In this document: one piece after another, positions 26,827 through 37,000 of the stretch
How the letters are laid out: each line of letters begins with the position of its first letter
Position numbering within the stretch: the stretch's first letter is position 1
The notes under the pieces: generated by a model
What the model was told of the DNA's origin: nothing
What the model saw: the letters and a program-made list of their open reading frames with translations, nothing else
Database searches by the model: none
Assembly: GCA_023132135.1 (NCBI GenBank)
Contig: JAGLYR010000003.1
Coordinates: 1-46,073, forward strand
Reading direction: 5' to 3'
From: Candidatus Eiseniibacteriota bacterium
GTDB taxonomy: Bacteria; Arandabacterota; Arandabacteria; JAGLYR01
Length of the DNA: 46,073 nucleotides
Program-made: the position numbers and the translations under genes

Positions 26827-28626
26827 ATGTGCAACGACTTCGCACACCAGCGCGAGTGCAGAAGGCTGTGGAAGGATGAGAAGGGGATGGCCTTGGTCAT
26901 CGCCCTCTCGCTCTTGGCGGCGATGAGCATGCTGGGAGCGCTCTATGTAGCCCTGTCGTCTACAGAGGGGCGCATCGCGGTGAACGAGAACCTCGCAGCC
27001 AAGGCGCTGATGATGGCCGAAAGCAGCTGGAACGTGGCCTACCGGGAGTTCTCGAACGTCAACTTCCACTACTACACACACAACGCGGATGGGAGCTTTC
27101 CACCGGCCGACGCTCTGACCTATGTGGCTACTCCGCACGTCGTTCTGGACGATTTGGAGAACAATGGCCTGAGCGACGAGAGGAACAACGGTGATTTTGT
27201 CTGGGAATGGCAACCGGGGAACGAACACATGTCTCTCTCCGGAGGGACCCTGCCGGAGTCCTTCCGATTTCGGATCTACCCGAGGACCGACAATGCGGGA
27301 GAAGACGAGCTCTTCCTGGAGTGCACAGGCCGCGTGGGGAACGCGACACGCACCATTCGCATCGGGCTTTTCAAGGAGTCGGGTTTCAAGTACGCGGTCT
27401 TTTCGGATGGAGACCTGGGAGAGTTCACGCGAGGCCGGGATCAGACGATAGCAGGTCCGATCCATGCAAACGGTGACATCTGCTTCCGTCCAGAGGCGGG
27501 GCAAACCTTGAGCCTGGACAGCGAATCGGTCACATGCACAGGGGAAATGATTCGGTCCCGGGATGTCTGGGGACGTCCGGCGCCCTCGGGATCGACTGTG
27601 GAAATCAAGGACGGAGACGGCGTTTACCAGGAGATGGACAACGGTGACCCGGGAGAGGCGTTTGACAGCGAGAACCCGGACTGGTTGGACTGTGATGAGA
27701 CCAATGGGATCGAAGGTGCGCTGGAGAAGTGGGACGGCATCGTTCGGGATGGCCAGCTGGGAGGGCAGTATATCAAACCCCCGGACTTCGACGCGTTCAA
27801 GGTCGGAGGGTACTACGAGTGCCAATCAGGTCTGAGAATTCACGCGGCAGATTTCCAGACTGACGGGTCGGGTCTGGATATCACGGGTACCATTGCAGAT
27901 GCAATCTACGAAGTGACGTTCTGGAATCCGAACTTGGACCAGTTCGTCATGGTGCAGGAGATTGACCTTGCGCTTCTCGCAGCTGCGGGTTGTTACCCGG
28001 CCAACGGGCTGATTTTCTCCGACCAGCCCGTTCGGCTCGTGAACGCCGGCGAGCTACAGGCACCGTTGACGGTCGTCGCAGACAACTCTATCTACACCAA
28101 GGGCAGCTTCAATGGCGTGGACAAGAAGCCTGCAGCGCTCGTGAGCACGGGCCGGGTCTGGCATCTCTCAGACAACTGGCGGGACGACGACGAGTATACC
28201 AAGGGATCGCTGGCCGGCCGCCAGGCCAGTGACGGAACGACCATCATCAATGCGGGCATCGTGGACGGCGCTCCTACGATCAACGAGGCAAACTGGGCGG
28301 ACCTGGACGACGATGGGACCCCCGATGGATATTCGGGGGACGCGTGGGCCAACTCGGACTGGCTGCTTGAGGTCTGGGGTGGAGGACCGCAGCGAGTCCT
28401 GGTCAAGCGGGGCGCGGTCATCCACCTCCAGAAGGCGAACATGGCGGACGACCCCGAGAGCAATGTCGTTGACGAACCGGGAGAGATCGCGTGGCAGAAG
28501 CACAGCGCATACATGCCCCCGATTCGCGATTACGCATATGACCCCGACATTGCGAACCCGTGGTTCCAACCGCCGTTCACCCTGAACGTGGCCAAGATCT
28601 TCTCTTGGGAAGAAGTAATCCCGTAG
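26827..28626 (+). CDS. Enlarged PilX-like minor pilin (~599 aa)
   Basis: EKG/MALVIAL signal lacking Glu+5 (PilX/GspK type), AKALMMAES, GPIHANGDI, acidic C-terminal region; ATG after GAGGAGG. Confidence 0.8.
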   Translation: MCNDFAHQRECRRLWKDEKGMALVIALSLLAAMSMLGALYVALSSTEGRIAVNENLAAKALMMAESSWNVAYREFSNVNFHYYTHNADGSFPPADALTYVATPHVVLDDLENNGLSDERNNGDFVWEWQPGNEHMSLSGGTLPESFRFRIYPRTDNAGEDELFLECTGRVGNATRTIRIGLFKESGFKYAVFSDGDLGEFTRGRDQTIAGPIHANGDICFRPEAGQTLSLDSESVTCTGEMIRSRDVWGRPAPSGSTVEIKDGDGVYQEMDNGDPGEAFDSENPDWLDCDETNGIEGALEKWDGIVRDGQLGGQYIKPPDFDAFKVGGYYECQSGLRIHAADFQTDGSGLDITGTIADAIYEVTFWNPNLDQFVMVQEIDLALLAAAGCYPANGLIFSDQPVRLVNAGELQAPLTVVADNSIYTKGSFNGVDKKPAALVSTGRVWHLSDNWRDDDEYTKGSLAGRQASDGTTIINAGIVDGAPTINEANWADLDDDGTPDGYSGDAWANSDWLLEVWGGGPQRVLVKRGAVIHLQKANMADDPESNVVDEPGEIAWQKHSAYMPPIRDYAYDPDIANPWFQPPFTLNVAKIFSWEEVIP

Positions 28627-28823
28627 GACTGCGTCGGACACAACCGACACACCGGCGAGAGGCAATTTGCACGAGGTCAAGAGCACAGGTTTGCAGAATG
28701 CAAGGATTGAGCGACAGAATGGTTGACCGTATGCGCGAGCGGAAGACTGGGAGATGTCGTTTATCCTCTGTATCGACAACGGCTTCGGCGGGGGGCACAA
28801 GGGCATGAGTCCATCTGGCTTTG

Positions 28824-28839
28824 TGGCACATATGTTGCA
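28824..28839 (+). promoter_or_regulatory. sigma54 promoter upstream of pilMNOPQ
   Basis: TGGCAC-ATATG-TTGCA, full consensus match. Confidence 0.75.
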
Positions 28840-28959
28840 AGCAGCAGAGATGATCTTCCGGTGTGGGCTGCCGGGCGCAAAACACATCATGAGCGGAACT
28901 TGGTCGGAAAACTGGTCTGGTCGCTCGGCAGCCCCATCCTCCCTTGAGAAGGACTGACC

Positions 28960-30165
28960 ATGTTCCTGGATAAGCTCAGACACATCATCACGCGCGGTCG
29001 GGGGGCTTCGGAGGAGAACGCTTCGGAAGAGACCCCGCCGAAGAAGCTCCTTCCGGATTTCCTCTCCCGCTTGACCCGGTTCACGTGGGTCAAGGAACTC
29101 AACGTCATCGCTCGCCTTGTGGCCCGGCGCCAGGCGCCTCACATGTACGGGGTGGATATCGGGTCGAGCAGTGTGAAGATCCTGAAACTCTCCAACGAGG
29201 GCGGAGAGCTCCAGGTAACGGCGGCTGCCGTTGCCGAGCTTCCCGAGGATGCCATCGTTGATGGGGAAGTGATGGACCACGATGCAGTCGTGGGCGCGAT
29301 CGAGATGGCGATGGTGGAGCACGATCTGGAGCCGGGGATGGCGGTGGTGGGACTGAGCGGGCGGGCAGTGATCGTCAAGAGAATCTCGATGGAGAAGACG
29401 GATCCGGATCTGGCGCGGGAAACGCTGGCGTATGATGCGGCTGAGCACATACCGTTTGAGCCTGGCGAGGTCTGCCTGGATCTTCACATCTTCGAGCCTG
29501 CCCCGGAAGCGGAGATGATGGATGTTCTCCTGGTAGCGGCAAAGCGCCCGGTCGTGGAACTTCAGGCGGACATCCTGACAGCGGCGGGCCTCACGCCCGC
29601 CGTGATTGATGTGGATACCTTCGCCCTTTCCAACGCCTACCTCATGACTTGCGAGCCTGTAGAGAACGAGAATGTCGCCATTGTGAACATCGGCAACTAT
29701 GTGACGAACATGGCCGTGATTCAGAATGGTTTTCCGTGGGTCATGCGTGATCTGGCGGTTGGCGTCAGCACATTCATGGAAAAGGTCATGGGGACGCTCG
29801 CCGCCGACAAAGCCCGGGCAAGGGATGTGCTGTTCGGCTCTCCGGAGAGAGGCGATGCGAGTCTGCCTGAGATCGTGGCCGAGGTTGGGGGAGAGCTCGT
29901 CAGTGAGATCGAGCGCTCCCTGGCGTTTGCCGATTCGGGTGGAGGAGGGGGGGACCTGACCAGGATGATACTGTCGGGGGGTGGGTGCCGTGTCGACGGG
30001 CTCAAGGACTTCCTGGCAGAACGGCTCGGGATTCCTGTCGAGATAGCGGATCCCTTCCGGGTTTTTAAATGGAGTGACGAGGTGCTCCTGGAGGAGCTGG
30101 CGGAAGATATCGCGCCCCGGTTCATGATCGCCACGGGTCTCGCGTTGAGAGGAGTGCAGGGCTAG
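28960..30165 (+). CDS. pilM: Type IV pilus assembly protein PilM
   Basis: GVDIGSSSVK, IPF, VLLVAAK, IDVDTFAL.N, VNIG, LSGGG, ATGLALR; ~60-aa N-terminal extension. Confidence 0.93.
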   Translation: MFLDKLRHIITRGRGASEENASEETPPKKLLPDFLSRLTRFTWVKELNVIARLVARRQAPHMYGVDIGSSSVKILKLSNEGGELQVTAAAVAELPEDAIVDGEVMDHDAVVGAIEMAMVEHDLEPGMAVVGLSGRAVIVKRISMEKTDPDLARETLAYDAAEHIPFEPGEVCLDLHIFEPAPEAEMMDVLLVAAKRPVVELQADILTAAGLTPAVIDVDTFALSNAYLMTCEPVENENVAIVNIGNYVTNMAVIQNGFPWVMRDLAVGVSTFMEKVMGTLAADKARARDVLFGSPERGDASLPEIVAEVGGELVSEIERSLAFADSGGGGGDLTRMILSGGGCRVDGLKDFLAERLGIPVEIADPFRVFKWSDEVLLEELAEDIAPRFMIATGLALRGVQG

Positions 30166-30166
30166 C

Positions 30167-30718
30167 GTGTTCCGGATCAACTTGCTCCCAGAGGAAGCCC
30201 GTCCCTCAATGGGCGGAGGACTCCGCGTTCGACGGGGAGTCATCCTGTGCCTGGGCATACTGGGAATCGTCTTGGTTTCGGTCGTAGGGACGGCAAGCTG
30301 GCAAGCCAGGGCGATTGGCAAACTGGAGGTCCAGGCTGCGGATCTCCGGAGCGAAGCAGAACGCTACGAGCCGCAGATCAACATCGTCAAACAACTGCGC
30401 TCCAAGAAGGCGGCTGTGGAAAAACGACTGGATGTGATCCTGCAGCTGGACCGCGACCGGTCCCTGAGAATCACGGCGATGGACGAGCTTTCGAGCGCTC
30501 TTCCGGACTACATGTGGCTGACCGGTTTCATTGAGTCGGAGGGCGGAGTCGCCATTGATGGTGTGGCTTTCTCCTCGCTGGCAGTGTTCGAGTTCATGGA
30601 GAATCTGGAGTCGATGTCCCGGTTTGAGGCTGTCCGGCTGAAGAACCTGAAGCGAGCAGAAATAGAAGAGGGCAAGATTGTGCGGTTCACGCTGACCACG
30701 ATGCTGGTAGGGGGATAG
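30167..30718 (+). CDS. pilN: Type IV pilus assembly protein PilN
   Basis: INLLP motif, TM, coiled coil, LPDYMWLT, FMENLE. Confidence 0.9.
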   Translation: MFRINLLPEEARPSMGGGLRVRRGVILCLGILGIVLVSVVGTASWQARAIGKLEVQAADLRSEAERYEPQINIVKQLRSKKAAVEKRLDVILQLDRDRSLRITAMDELSSALPDYMWLTGFIESEGGVAIDGVAFSSLAVFEFMENLESMSRFEAVRLKNLKRAEIEEGKIVRFTLTTMLVGG

Positions 30719-30725
30719 GGACACA

Positions 30726-31370
30726 GTGACTGTCGATATCAAGGACCCATTTGTTCAGAAAGCCGCTCTGGCGGGGCTTGGTTTGGCCGGTCTGCTGTAT
30801 CTCTATTTCGGAACGGCCGTCGTGCCTTTTTGCTACAGGCCACAGGTCGCAGCCGCGCAGGAGATCCGGGAGACTGTTAATCGGCTGAGCGGCGATCTTG
30901 CGCGGGCGAAGGCGACGGCAGAGGGACTCAAGTCTCTCGAATCTCAGTATGCCAGACTGGAGCGAGACTGGAAGCGCGCTCAGGACATGCTGCCCGAGAA
31001 AAGCGAGATCCCAAGGTTCCTGGCAGGCGTGACTCGCTCGGGTCTGGACTGTGGTCTTGAAGTGCGCTTGTTCGAGCCGAAGAAAACCGTCGGTCACGGA
31101 TTTTTCACGGAGAGTCCAGTGGCGATGAAGGTCGCCGGTCAGTATCACCAGGTCGGGGAGTTCCTGGCGCGCGTTTCCAGCCTGCCAAGGCTCGTCAACG
31201 TGGACCGGCTCCAGATTCGAGAGCAGATGGGCGTGGATGACGGGGACCACACGGTGGAGATGGAACTGATTCTGTCGGCGTACTACCTCGAGGATGATAT
31301 GCGGGTTGGCGGCGGTGCGGTCGCGCCGACATCGGAGCCGGCGGTGCAGAAGCGCGGAGAGGAACACTAG
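30726..31370 (+). CDS. pilO: Type IV pilus assembly protein PilO
   Basis: TM + coiled coil, LPEKSEIP, GQYHQVGEFL..V..LPRLVNV. Confidence 0.9.
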   Translation: MTVDIKDPFVQKAALAGLGLAGLLYLYFGTAVVPFCYRPQVAAAQEIRETVNRLSGDLARAKATAEGLKSLESQYARLERDWKRAQDMLPEKSEIPRFLAGVTRSGLDCGLEVRLFEPKKTVGHGFFTESPVAMKVAGQYHQVGEFLARVSSLPRLVNVDRLQIREQMGVDDGDHTVEMELILSAYYLEDDMRVGGGAVAPTSEPAVQKRGEEH

Positions 31371-31374
31371 GCTG

Positions 31375-32310
31375 ATGATCGGACGGAGCATGCACACTCG
31401 CTGGATGTACATAGCTGGAATCGTCGCTCTGTGCATGATGGGATGCGTTGTGGGCCTTTCGCGGGTAGACGTCGGCCGGTGTGGGAAGTGGGTTGTCTCC
31501 AGCGCGATCGGTTTCTTCGCCCGGCAGGAAGTTTCGCCCGATTCGGGAGGATGGGCCGTTGCGGAGCCTGCGCGGGCCTCAGAGCTTCCTTCCCTGTTCC
31601 AGATGGCAAAGGTCGAGAACAAGAAGAAAGCGGCCGAGACTGGTCTGAAGATCCTCTCGGGTCAAACGCAGGCGATCATTGATTCCCAGGTTGACTCTCA
31701 GGAAGAGCCTGCGGTTGAGCCTGCGGTTGAGCCTGCGGTTGAGCCTGCGGTTGAGCCTGCGGTCGAGCCTGCGGTCGAGACGGAGAATGCGCCGGAGCAG
31801 GTCAGGGAGGCGCGGCAGAGTTTCGTGAAAGGGCTGGATCAGCTCAAAGATCAGTTCCGGAGATCGGAGGAGTCCGAAGATGACGGGGAGACCGTGGGCA
31901 TATCTTCCCGGCCGCCGCTGGAGTTGTCCGTGGGGGAGCAGCCCGCAGGACCGCAGCAGGCTGCAGTCCGGCGATCCGCTGATCCCCTGCGAGCGAAGTT
32001 CAGCTACGGCGCTCACGGGCGGAGGGATCCATTCCGGGCCCTCATTTCCAGGAGTGACGGAACAGAGCGTACGGGCAGGTTGAATCTGGACGAAGCCCGG
32101 CTCGTGGGCATCCTCTGGGGAGGCAAGAGCGATCTGGTGCTGCTCGAGGGCCCTGGCGGAGTCTCTTGTTGCTTGAAGAAAGGTGATCGTGTCCAGGACG
32201 GGCGTTTGGAGACAATTCGATCGAATTCGGTTGTCTTCAGCCGTTTCCGCTTTGGTCGAGCAGAGACGGTGGTTCTCGAACTGGAACAACAGAAGGCCGG
32301 TGGCTCATGA
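31375..32310 (+). CDS. pilP: PilP-like protein with a long low-complexity linker
   Basis: RRDPF motif and LVGILWG...KKGD beta-domain; lies between pilO and pilQ; possible lipobox MMGC; start uncertain. Confidence 0.65.
   Translation: MIGRSMHTRWMYIAGIVALCMMGCVVGLSRVDVGRCGKWVVSSAIGFFARQEVSPDSGGWAVAEPARASELPSLFQMAKVENKKKAAETGLKILSGQTQAIIDSQVDSQEEPAVEPAVEPAVEPAVEPAVEPAVETENAPEQVREARQSFVKGLDQLKDQFRRSEESEDDGETVGISSRPPLELSVGEQPAGPQQAAVRRSADPLRAKFSYGAHGRRDPFRALISRSDGTERTGRLNLDEARLVGILWGGKSDLVLLEGPGGVSCCLKKGDRVQDGRLETIRSNSVVFSRFRFGRAETVVLELEQQKAGGS
31705..31776 (+). repeat. 12-bp coding tandem repeat x6 (EPAV)6
   Basis: GAGCCTGCGGTT x4 + GAGCCTGCGGTC x2. Confidence 0.95.
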
Positions 32311-34022
32311 TGAGAGGACAACACCGAGATATGAGGTTCTGTGCAGCTACGATTGCAACCATCCTGGTCGGAACAGTTCTTGTGCCGGGCGCAGCGTTGT
32401 GCCTGGCGGGCAATGTCAGCGTGGTTTCGGACGTCCGGGTGGATCAGAGGGCCGAGGGCACGTGCATCTTCCTCCAATCGGATGGTCCGTTGAAGTATGT
32501 TGACTTCACTCTGCCTGGGCCGGACCGCATTGTGGTTGACTGCTTCGACACGCACCGCCGGACGTCCAGGGAGCGATGGGACGCTCCCGAGGGCTCGGGG
32601 ATTCGCGCGATCAGGGTGAGCCAGTATCGTGTAGAGCCCAGGCCGGTCACGCGCATGGTTATTGATCTGGGCCACCGGGCACCCTATATCGTCAAACCCC
32701 TGGAGAACGGGCTGCTTCTGATCGTGAATCCGGTGGAGGCGATGGAGGCGGCTGCCAAACCGATCCCGCGCCCGCTGTCGGGAAAGGACAGGCCCCAGGC
32801 CAGGAGGTTTGGACCCGATCAGTCACCCGCCCCGACGGTGGCTCCGGCGCCGGAAGTCCGGGACGATCTTATTACCCTGGAGTTCCAGAACGCGGATATC
32901 CAGACCGTGCTGCGGAGTTTCAGCGATTACGGTGGCGTGAACATCATCTGGGGACCGGAAGTGAAGGGTGCGGTCACTGTCCATCTCGAGAACGTGCCAT
33001 GGCGAGAGGCGCTGGGTATTGTTCTGCGGGCCCATTCCCTGTCCTCGGTGGAGGAAAACGGCATCATCCGGGTCGGGGGCTCCCAGACGATGGAAAACGA
33101 GGAAATCACGAGGCACGCGGCGGCCCGAAAGAAAGAGGAGCTGCAAGCGCTCCAAACCAGCATCGTGCGCGTGAAGTTTGCCAATGCCGAGGAGCTCTTG
33201 GAGCCCTTGAGAAGAATTCTGGGACCCCGGGGCTCCATTGATGTTGAGACGAGGACGAACGCCATCCTGGTGACGGACATCGCGAAGGTTGTGACGCGTA
33301 TTGAGAATCTCGTCGCCGAGCTGGATACGCGAACGCCGCAGGTGGAGATCAACGCGAAAATCGTGGATGTCGATGCCTCGGTGAGCCGCGACCTGGGAAT
33401 TGACTGGACGGCCCTCGAGCTCATGGTTCCCTCGATCAGCGCGGAGGGGCGGGTTGACGTCTCCGCCGGTCTCATGACTCCCGTCGGGCAATTCACGGTC
33501 GGGAAGATCGAAGGTCCCAACGGCAAGCTGGAGATGACCCTGACCGCTCTGGAAAGGGAAAACAAGGCCAACATCATCTCGAACCCGAGGATCCGGACCC
33601 TGGACAACATGGAAGCCAGGATCCTTGTAGGGAAGAAAATCCCTCTCATCGTGTCTGACGAGGCGGGAAATCCCATCACCGAGATGACTACCATAGGGAT
33701 CCAGATGACGGTCACGCCCCATATCAACGCCGATGGACAAATCACCCTGGACCTGCATCCGGAAGTGAGTGATCTGGCCTCGCAGTCCACGGTCCAGGGT
33801 GGCATCATCATTCTGACCAGCGAGGCCCGAACACGGGTCATGGTCAAGGATGGGGAGACGGTTGTTATCGGGGGTCTCATTCGCAACAACGAGACGGAAT
33901 ACACCACGGGGGTCCCGTTTCTGAGAAGTCTTCCCCTGGTGGGGCGGTTCTTCCGGTCGACGAGCACGTCCATTGAAAAACGTGAGCTTCTGATCTTTGT
34001 CACACCGCGCATTGTGGAGTAG
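32307..34022 (+). CDS. pilQ: Type IV pilus secretin PilQ (with AMIN domain)
   Basis: AMIN (PDRIVVD, IRVSQY), ITLEFQNADI, VPW, QVEINAKIV, SNPRIRTLDN, VKDGETVVIGGL, ELLIFVTPRIV. Confidence 0.95.
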   Translation: MMRGQHRDMRFCAATIATILVGTVLVPGAALCLAGNVSVVSDVRVDQRAEGTCIFLQSDGPLKYVDFTLPGPDRIVVDCFDTHRRTSRERWDAPEGSGIRAIRVSQYRVEPRPVTRMVIDLGHRAPYIVKPLENGLLLIVNPVEAMEAAAKPIPRPLSGKDRPQARRFGPDQSPAPTVAPAPEVRDDLITLEFQNADIQTVLRSFSDYGGVNIIWGPEVKGAVTVHLENVPWREALGIVLRAHSLSSVEENGIIRVGGSQTMENEEITRHAAARKKEELQALQTSIVRVKFANAEELLEPLRRILGPRGSIDVETRTNAILVTDIAKVVTRIENLVAELDTRTPQVEINAKIVDVDASVSRDLGIDWTALELMVPSISAEGRVDVSAGLMTPVGQFTVGKIEGPNGKLEMTLTALERENKANIISNPRIRTLDNMEARILVGKKIPLIVSDEAGNPITEMTTIGIQMTVTPHINADGQITLDLHPEVSDLASQSTVQGGIIILTSEARTRVMVKDGETVVIGGLIRNNETEYTTGVPFLRSLPLVGRFFRSTSTSIEKRELLIFVTPRIVE

Positions 34023-34067
34023 ACAGACGGATCTTTGTCACACCGCGCATTGTGGAGTAGACAGACG
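33992..34067. repeat. Perfect 38-bp tandem duplication spanning the pilQ stop codon
   Basis: GATCTTTGTCACACCGCGCATTGTGGAGTAGACAGACG at 33992-34029 and 34030-34067. Confidence 0.95.
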
Positions 34068-34076
34068 GAGTTAACC

Positions 34077-37000
34077 ATGAGAGCAAGAGCCTGGAAAGAC
34101 GGAAATGGATGTCCGGTGGTCCCGGCAGGCAGAACAGGCCGTGTGACGGTGGTTATGTTGCTGGGTCTCTCGGCAGGGCTTGGCCTCTGGATGGGGTGCG
34201 CGGAGGAACCGGTGAGTCCTTCGGCACCGCCCTTTGAGCCGAGCTACTTCATCGAGTCGGTATCGGCCTCGCCCGGGCAGGTGGGAGTCGGAGGGTCGAG
34301 CTCCACCATCTCCGCCCTGGTGGTGGACAGGGATGGGAATCCGGCCGAAGGCGTTGCGGTTGTTTTCGACGCTGAAAGCTGGGGAACAATCGTTGGGGAA
34401 GCTGTGACGGACTCCAGCGGTGTGGCCACAGCGGTGTTCACGTCGGGCCAGAGCGAAGGATTGGCCAAGATCATAGCCCACGTGGGAGCTTTTTCCAGGA
34501 GCACGGTGGTGCTGGTTGGGCAGGGAAGTCTGGAGGCTTCGCCCTCGATCCTGCTGGCCAATGGACTCGAGACGAGCCTGATTACAGCCAAGGTGATTAA
34601 CGCGATAGGCCGTGCGGATTCCGGAACTGTGGTCGCGTTTCAGACAACGGCGGGCAGCATTACCCCGCGGGGAGTCGCCGACGCGGCTGGTGTGGTCATG
34701 GCAACACTCACTGGCCCCGCCAGCAGGGAGGATATTTCGGCCGTTGTGACGGCTACCGTGGAGAGCGGCGATCCGCAGAGCCAGAATGATGCCTTTGGAA
34801 TCACACTCGTGACTTTCAAGGGGATCACGTTGGAGGTCGGAGCCTCGCCACTTACCATTCCGGCGGATGGGAGCTCGCAGAGCACGCTGACGGCGGTTCT
34901 CAAGGAGACGTCATCCATGATTCCCATTGCCGGGGAGGCTGTGCGCTTTGCCTCGGACAAGGGAGTTGTGGTCGGCGAAGCCGAGACGGACGAACGTGGA
35001 CACGGCATCGGTACATTGACCAGCTCTATGGAGCCGGGTGCGGTTCGCGTGATCGCCAGCTACGGCAATACTCTCGCGGACACGGTTGAGGTCGTTTTCT
35101 CGAGTCTGGCTCTGAGCCTGTCGGCGGAGCCCCCGACGGTGAGAGGAGATGGCGTCAGCCAGGTAGAGGTGAGAGCGGTTCTCAAGGATCTCACCGGCGA
35201 GGCGCTGCCGCAGCGCATCGTGGGGTTCGATACGAATGTCGGGTTAGTGACCGCCAGCGACACAACGAACAGCTCGGGCCTGACGATGGCGACATTCACG
35301 GCGCCGGCCGTTGCCAGGGACACGACCGCGATCATCAGTGTTTCCAGTCTCGGTGTAGTCTCGACGTTGGAGATCCCGGTGCGGGGCCTGAGTCTGGTTC
35401 TGACAGCAGAGCCGGCAACGCTGGTCGCCGATGGAAGCTCCCAATCCGAAGTCCGTGTGACCCTGCGGGAAGCGACCTCCGGTGAACCCATTCCCAGTGA
35501 GGTCGTCTGGCTGGAGACGAACCTGGGATCAGTGGATTCCATGGCGGTGACCAACTCGGAGGGAGTCGCGGCTGCGACCTTCCACGGCGGACCGTACACG
35601 GGCACTGCTACAATCCGCGCTGAGTACGGCGGTGGAGTCGTCTCAACGGCGATGGTGGAAGTTGTGGAGGTGGAGATTGCCTCTATTGTGCTCAGTGCGC
35701 GGCCCGGCGCCATCTATGCCAACGGCTGGAGCAATGCTCACGTACTGGCCTTTGTGAAGGACAGCGGCAATCGGGCGGTCCCGGACGGTCTGATTGTCAA
35801 GTTCTACACGTCGTCGGGGCTGATCACAGCTCAGGCGCTGACGGAGAGTGGTATCGCGAACGCTGTTCTGACCAGCGGCACCGGAGTGGAATCCGGCGTC
35901 GAGGTTGTTGCGGTTTGCCAGGGGATGTCGGACACGACGCATGTGGATTTCATCCCCGGCGTTGCGGCGTCGATGGAGCTGTCTGTCATGCCCGACTCGA
36001 TCCCGGCCGATGGGTCGACGACGGCGAGCCTGATTGCCACAGTCCAGGATTCCATCGGGCATCCGGTCAAGGACAAAACCCTCGTAACGTTTATGATCGT
36101 GGTGGACCTGGCCGACACATCTGCTGCGGATACTGTGATTGTCAGCTCGACGACGACCAACGGCATAGCGTCCACTTCCTACACAGCGGCTACGCATGCC
36201 GGTCTGGCCATTATCAAAGCGACTGTGGGAGATGTATCGGCCGATGCAACCCTTGTGCTCACGGCATCAGGGGTGTCGAGCATTGTGCTCTCCAGCAACC
36301 GCCCGTCCATCACGGTTCAAGGGGTCGGAGGGATCGAGACGGCCACGGTCACCGCGGAGGTGCGCGACAAGAATGGCAACCCCGTGGCAGAAGGAACTGA
36401 GGTGGGATTCTCCATCATCAGCGGTCCGGGAGGACCGACTGAAGAGAATCTCAACAACCAGGGATGGGGGCCGGTTGAGATCCCCACCGCTAACGGGAGA
36501 GCCTCGGTTACGCTGAGCGCGGGTACTGAATCCGGGATTGTGGGGCTCCTGGCAACGTGTGGTGGAGTGGAGGCGCAGGACGCCGAGATCACCATCGACT
36601 CCGGACCACCCGACACCCTGATGACGTCGGTGAACCTGGGTCTCGTGTCAGAGGGTGGAGACGGCATCTACAGCCTGATTGTCGCCACGATAGTCAGGGA
36701 CCAGTACGGCAACCCCGTGGAGAACGGGAATGCGGTGTACTACGACATAGGAACAGGTGAACCTCATGTGATGATCGAGGGTAACGCTCACACGGGCAAC
36801 GACATCGACTGCAACCAGACGTGGCCGGCTCCTGCGATGAAGGGAGTGGCCCGGACGTGCCTGTCCTTCACCAGCGAAGCCATCTTCGAGAATGTGCGGG
36901 TCTACGCGCACGCGTTCAACGGCCAGCGCGAGATCAGCACATATCTGGACATAGGGCTTCCGCTGTTTGGCGGCGAGATTCTGATCACGGCAAGCCCGAG

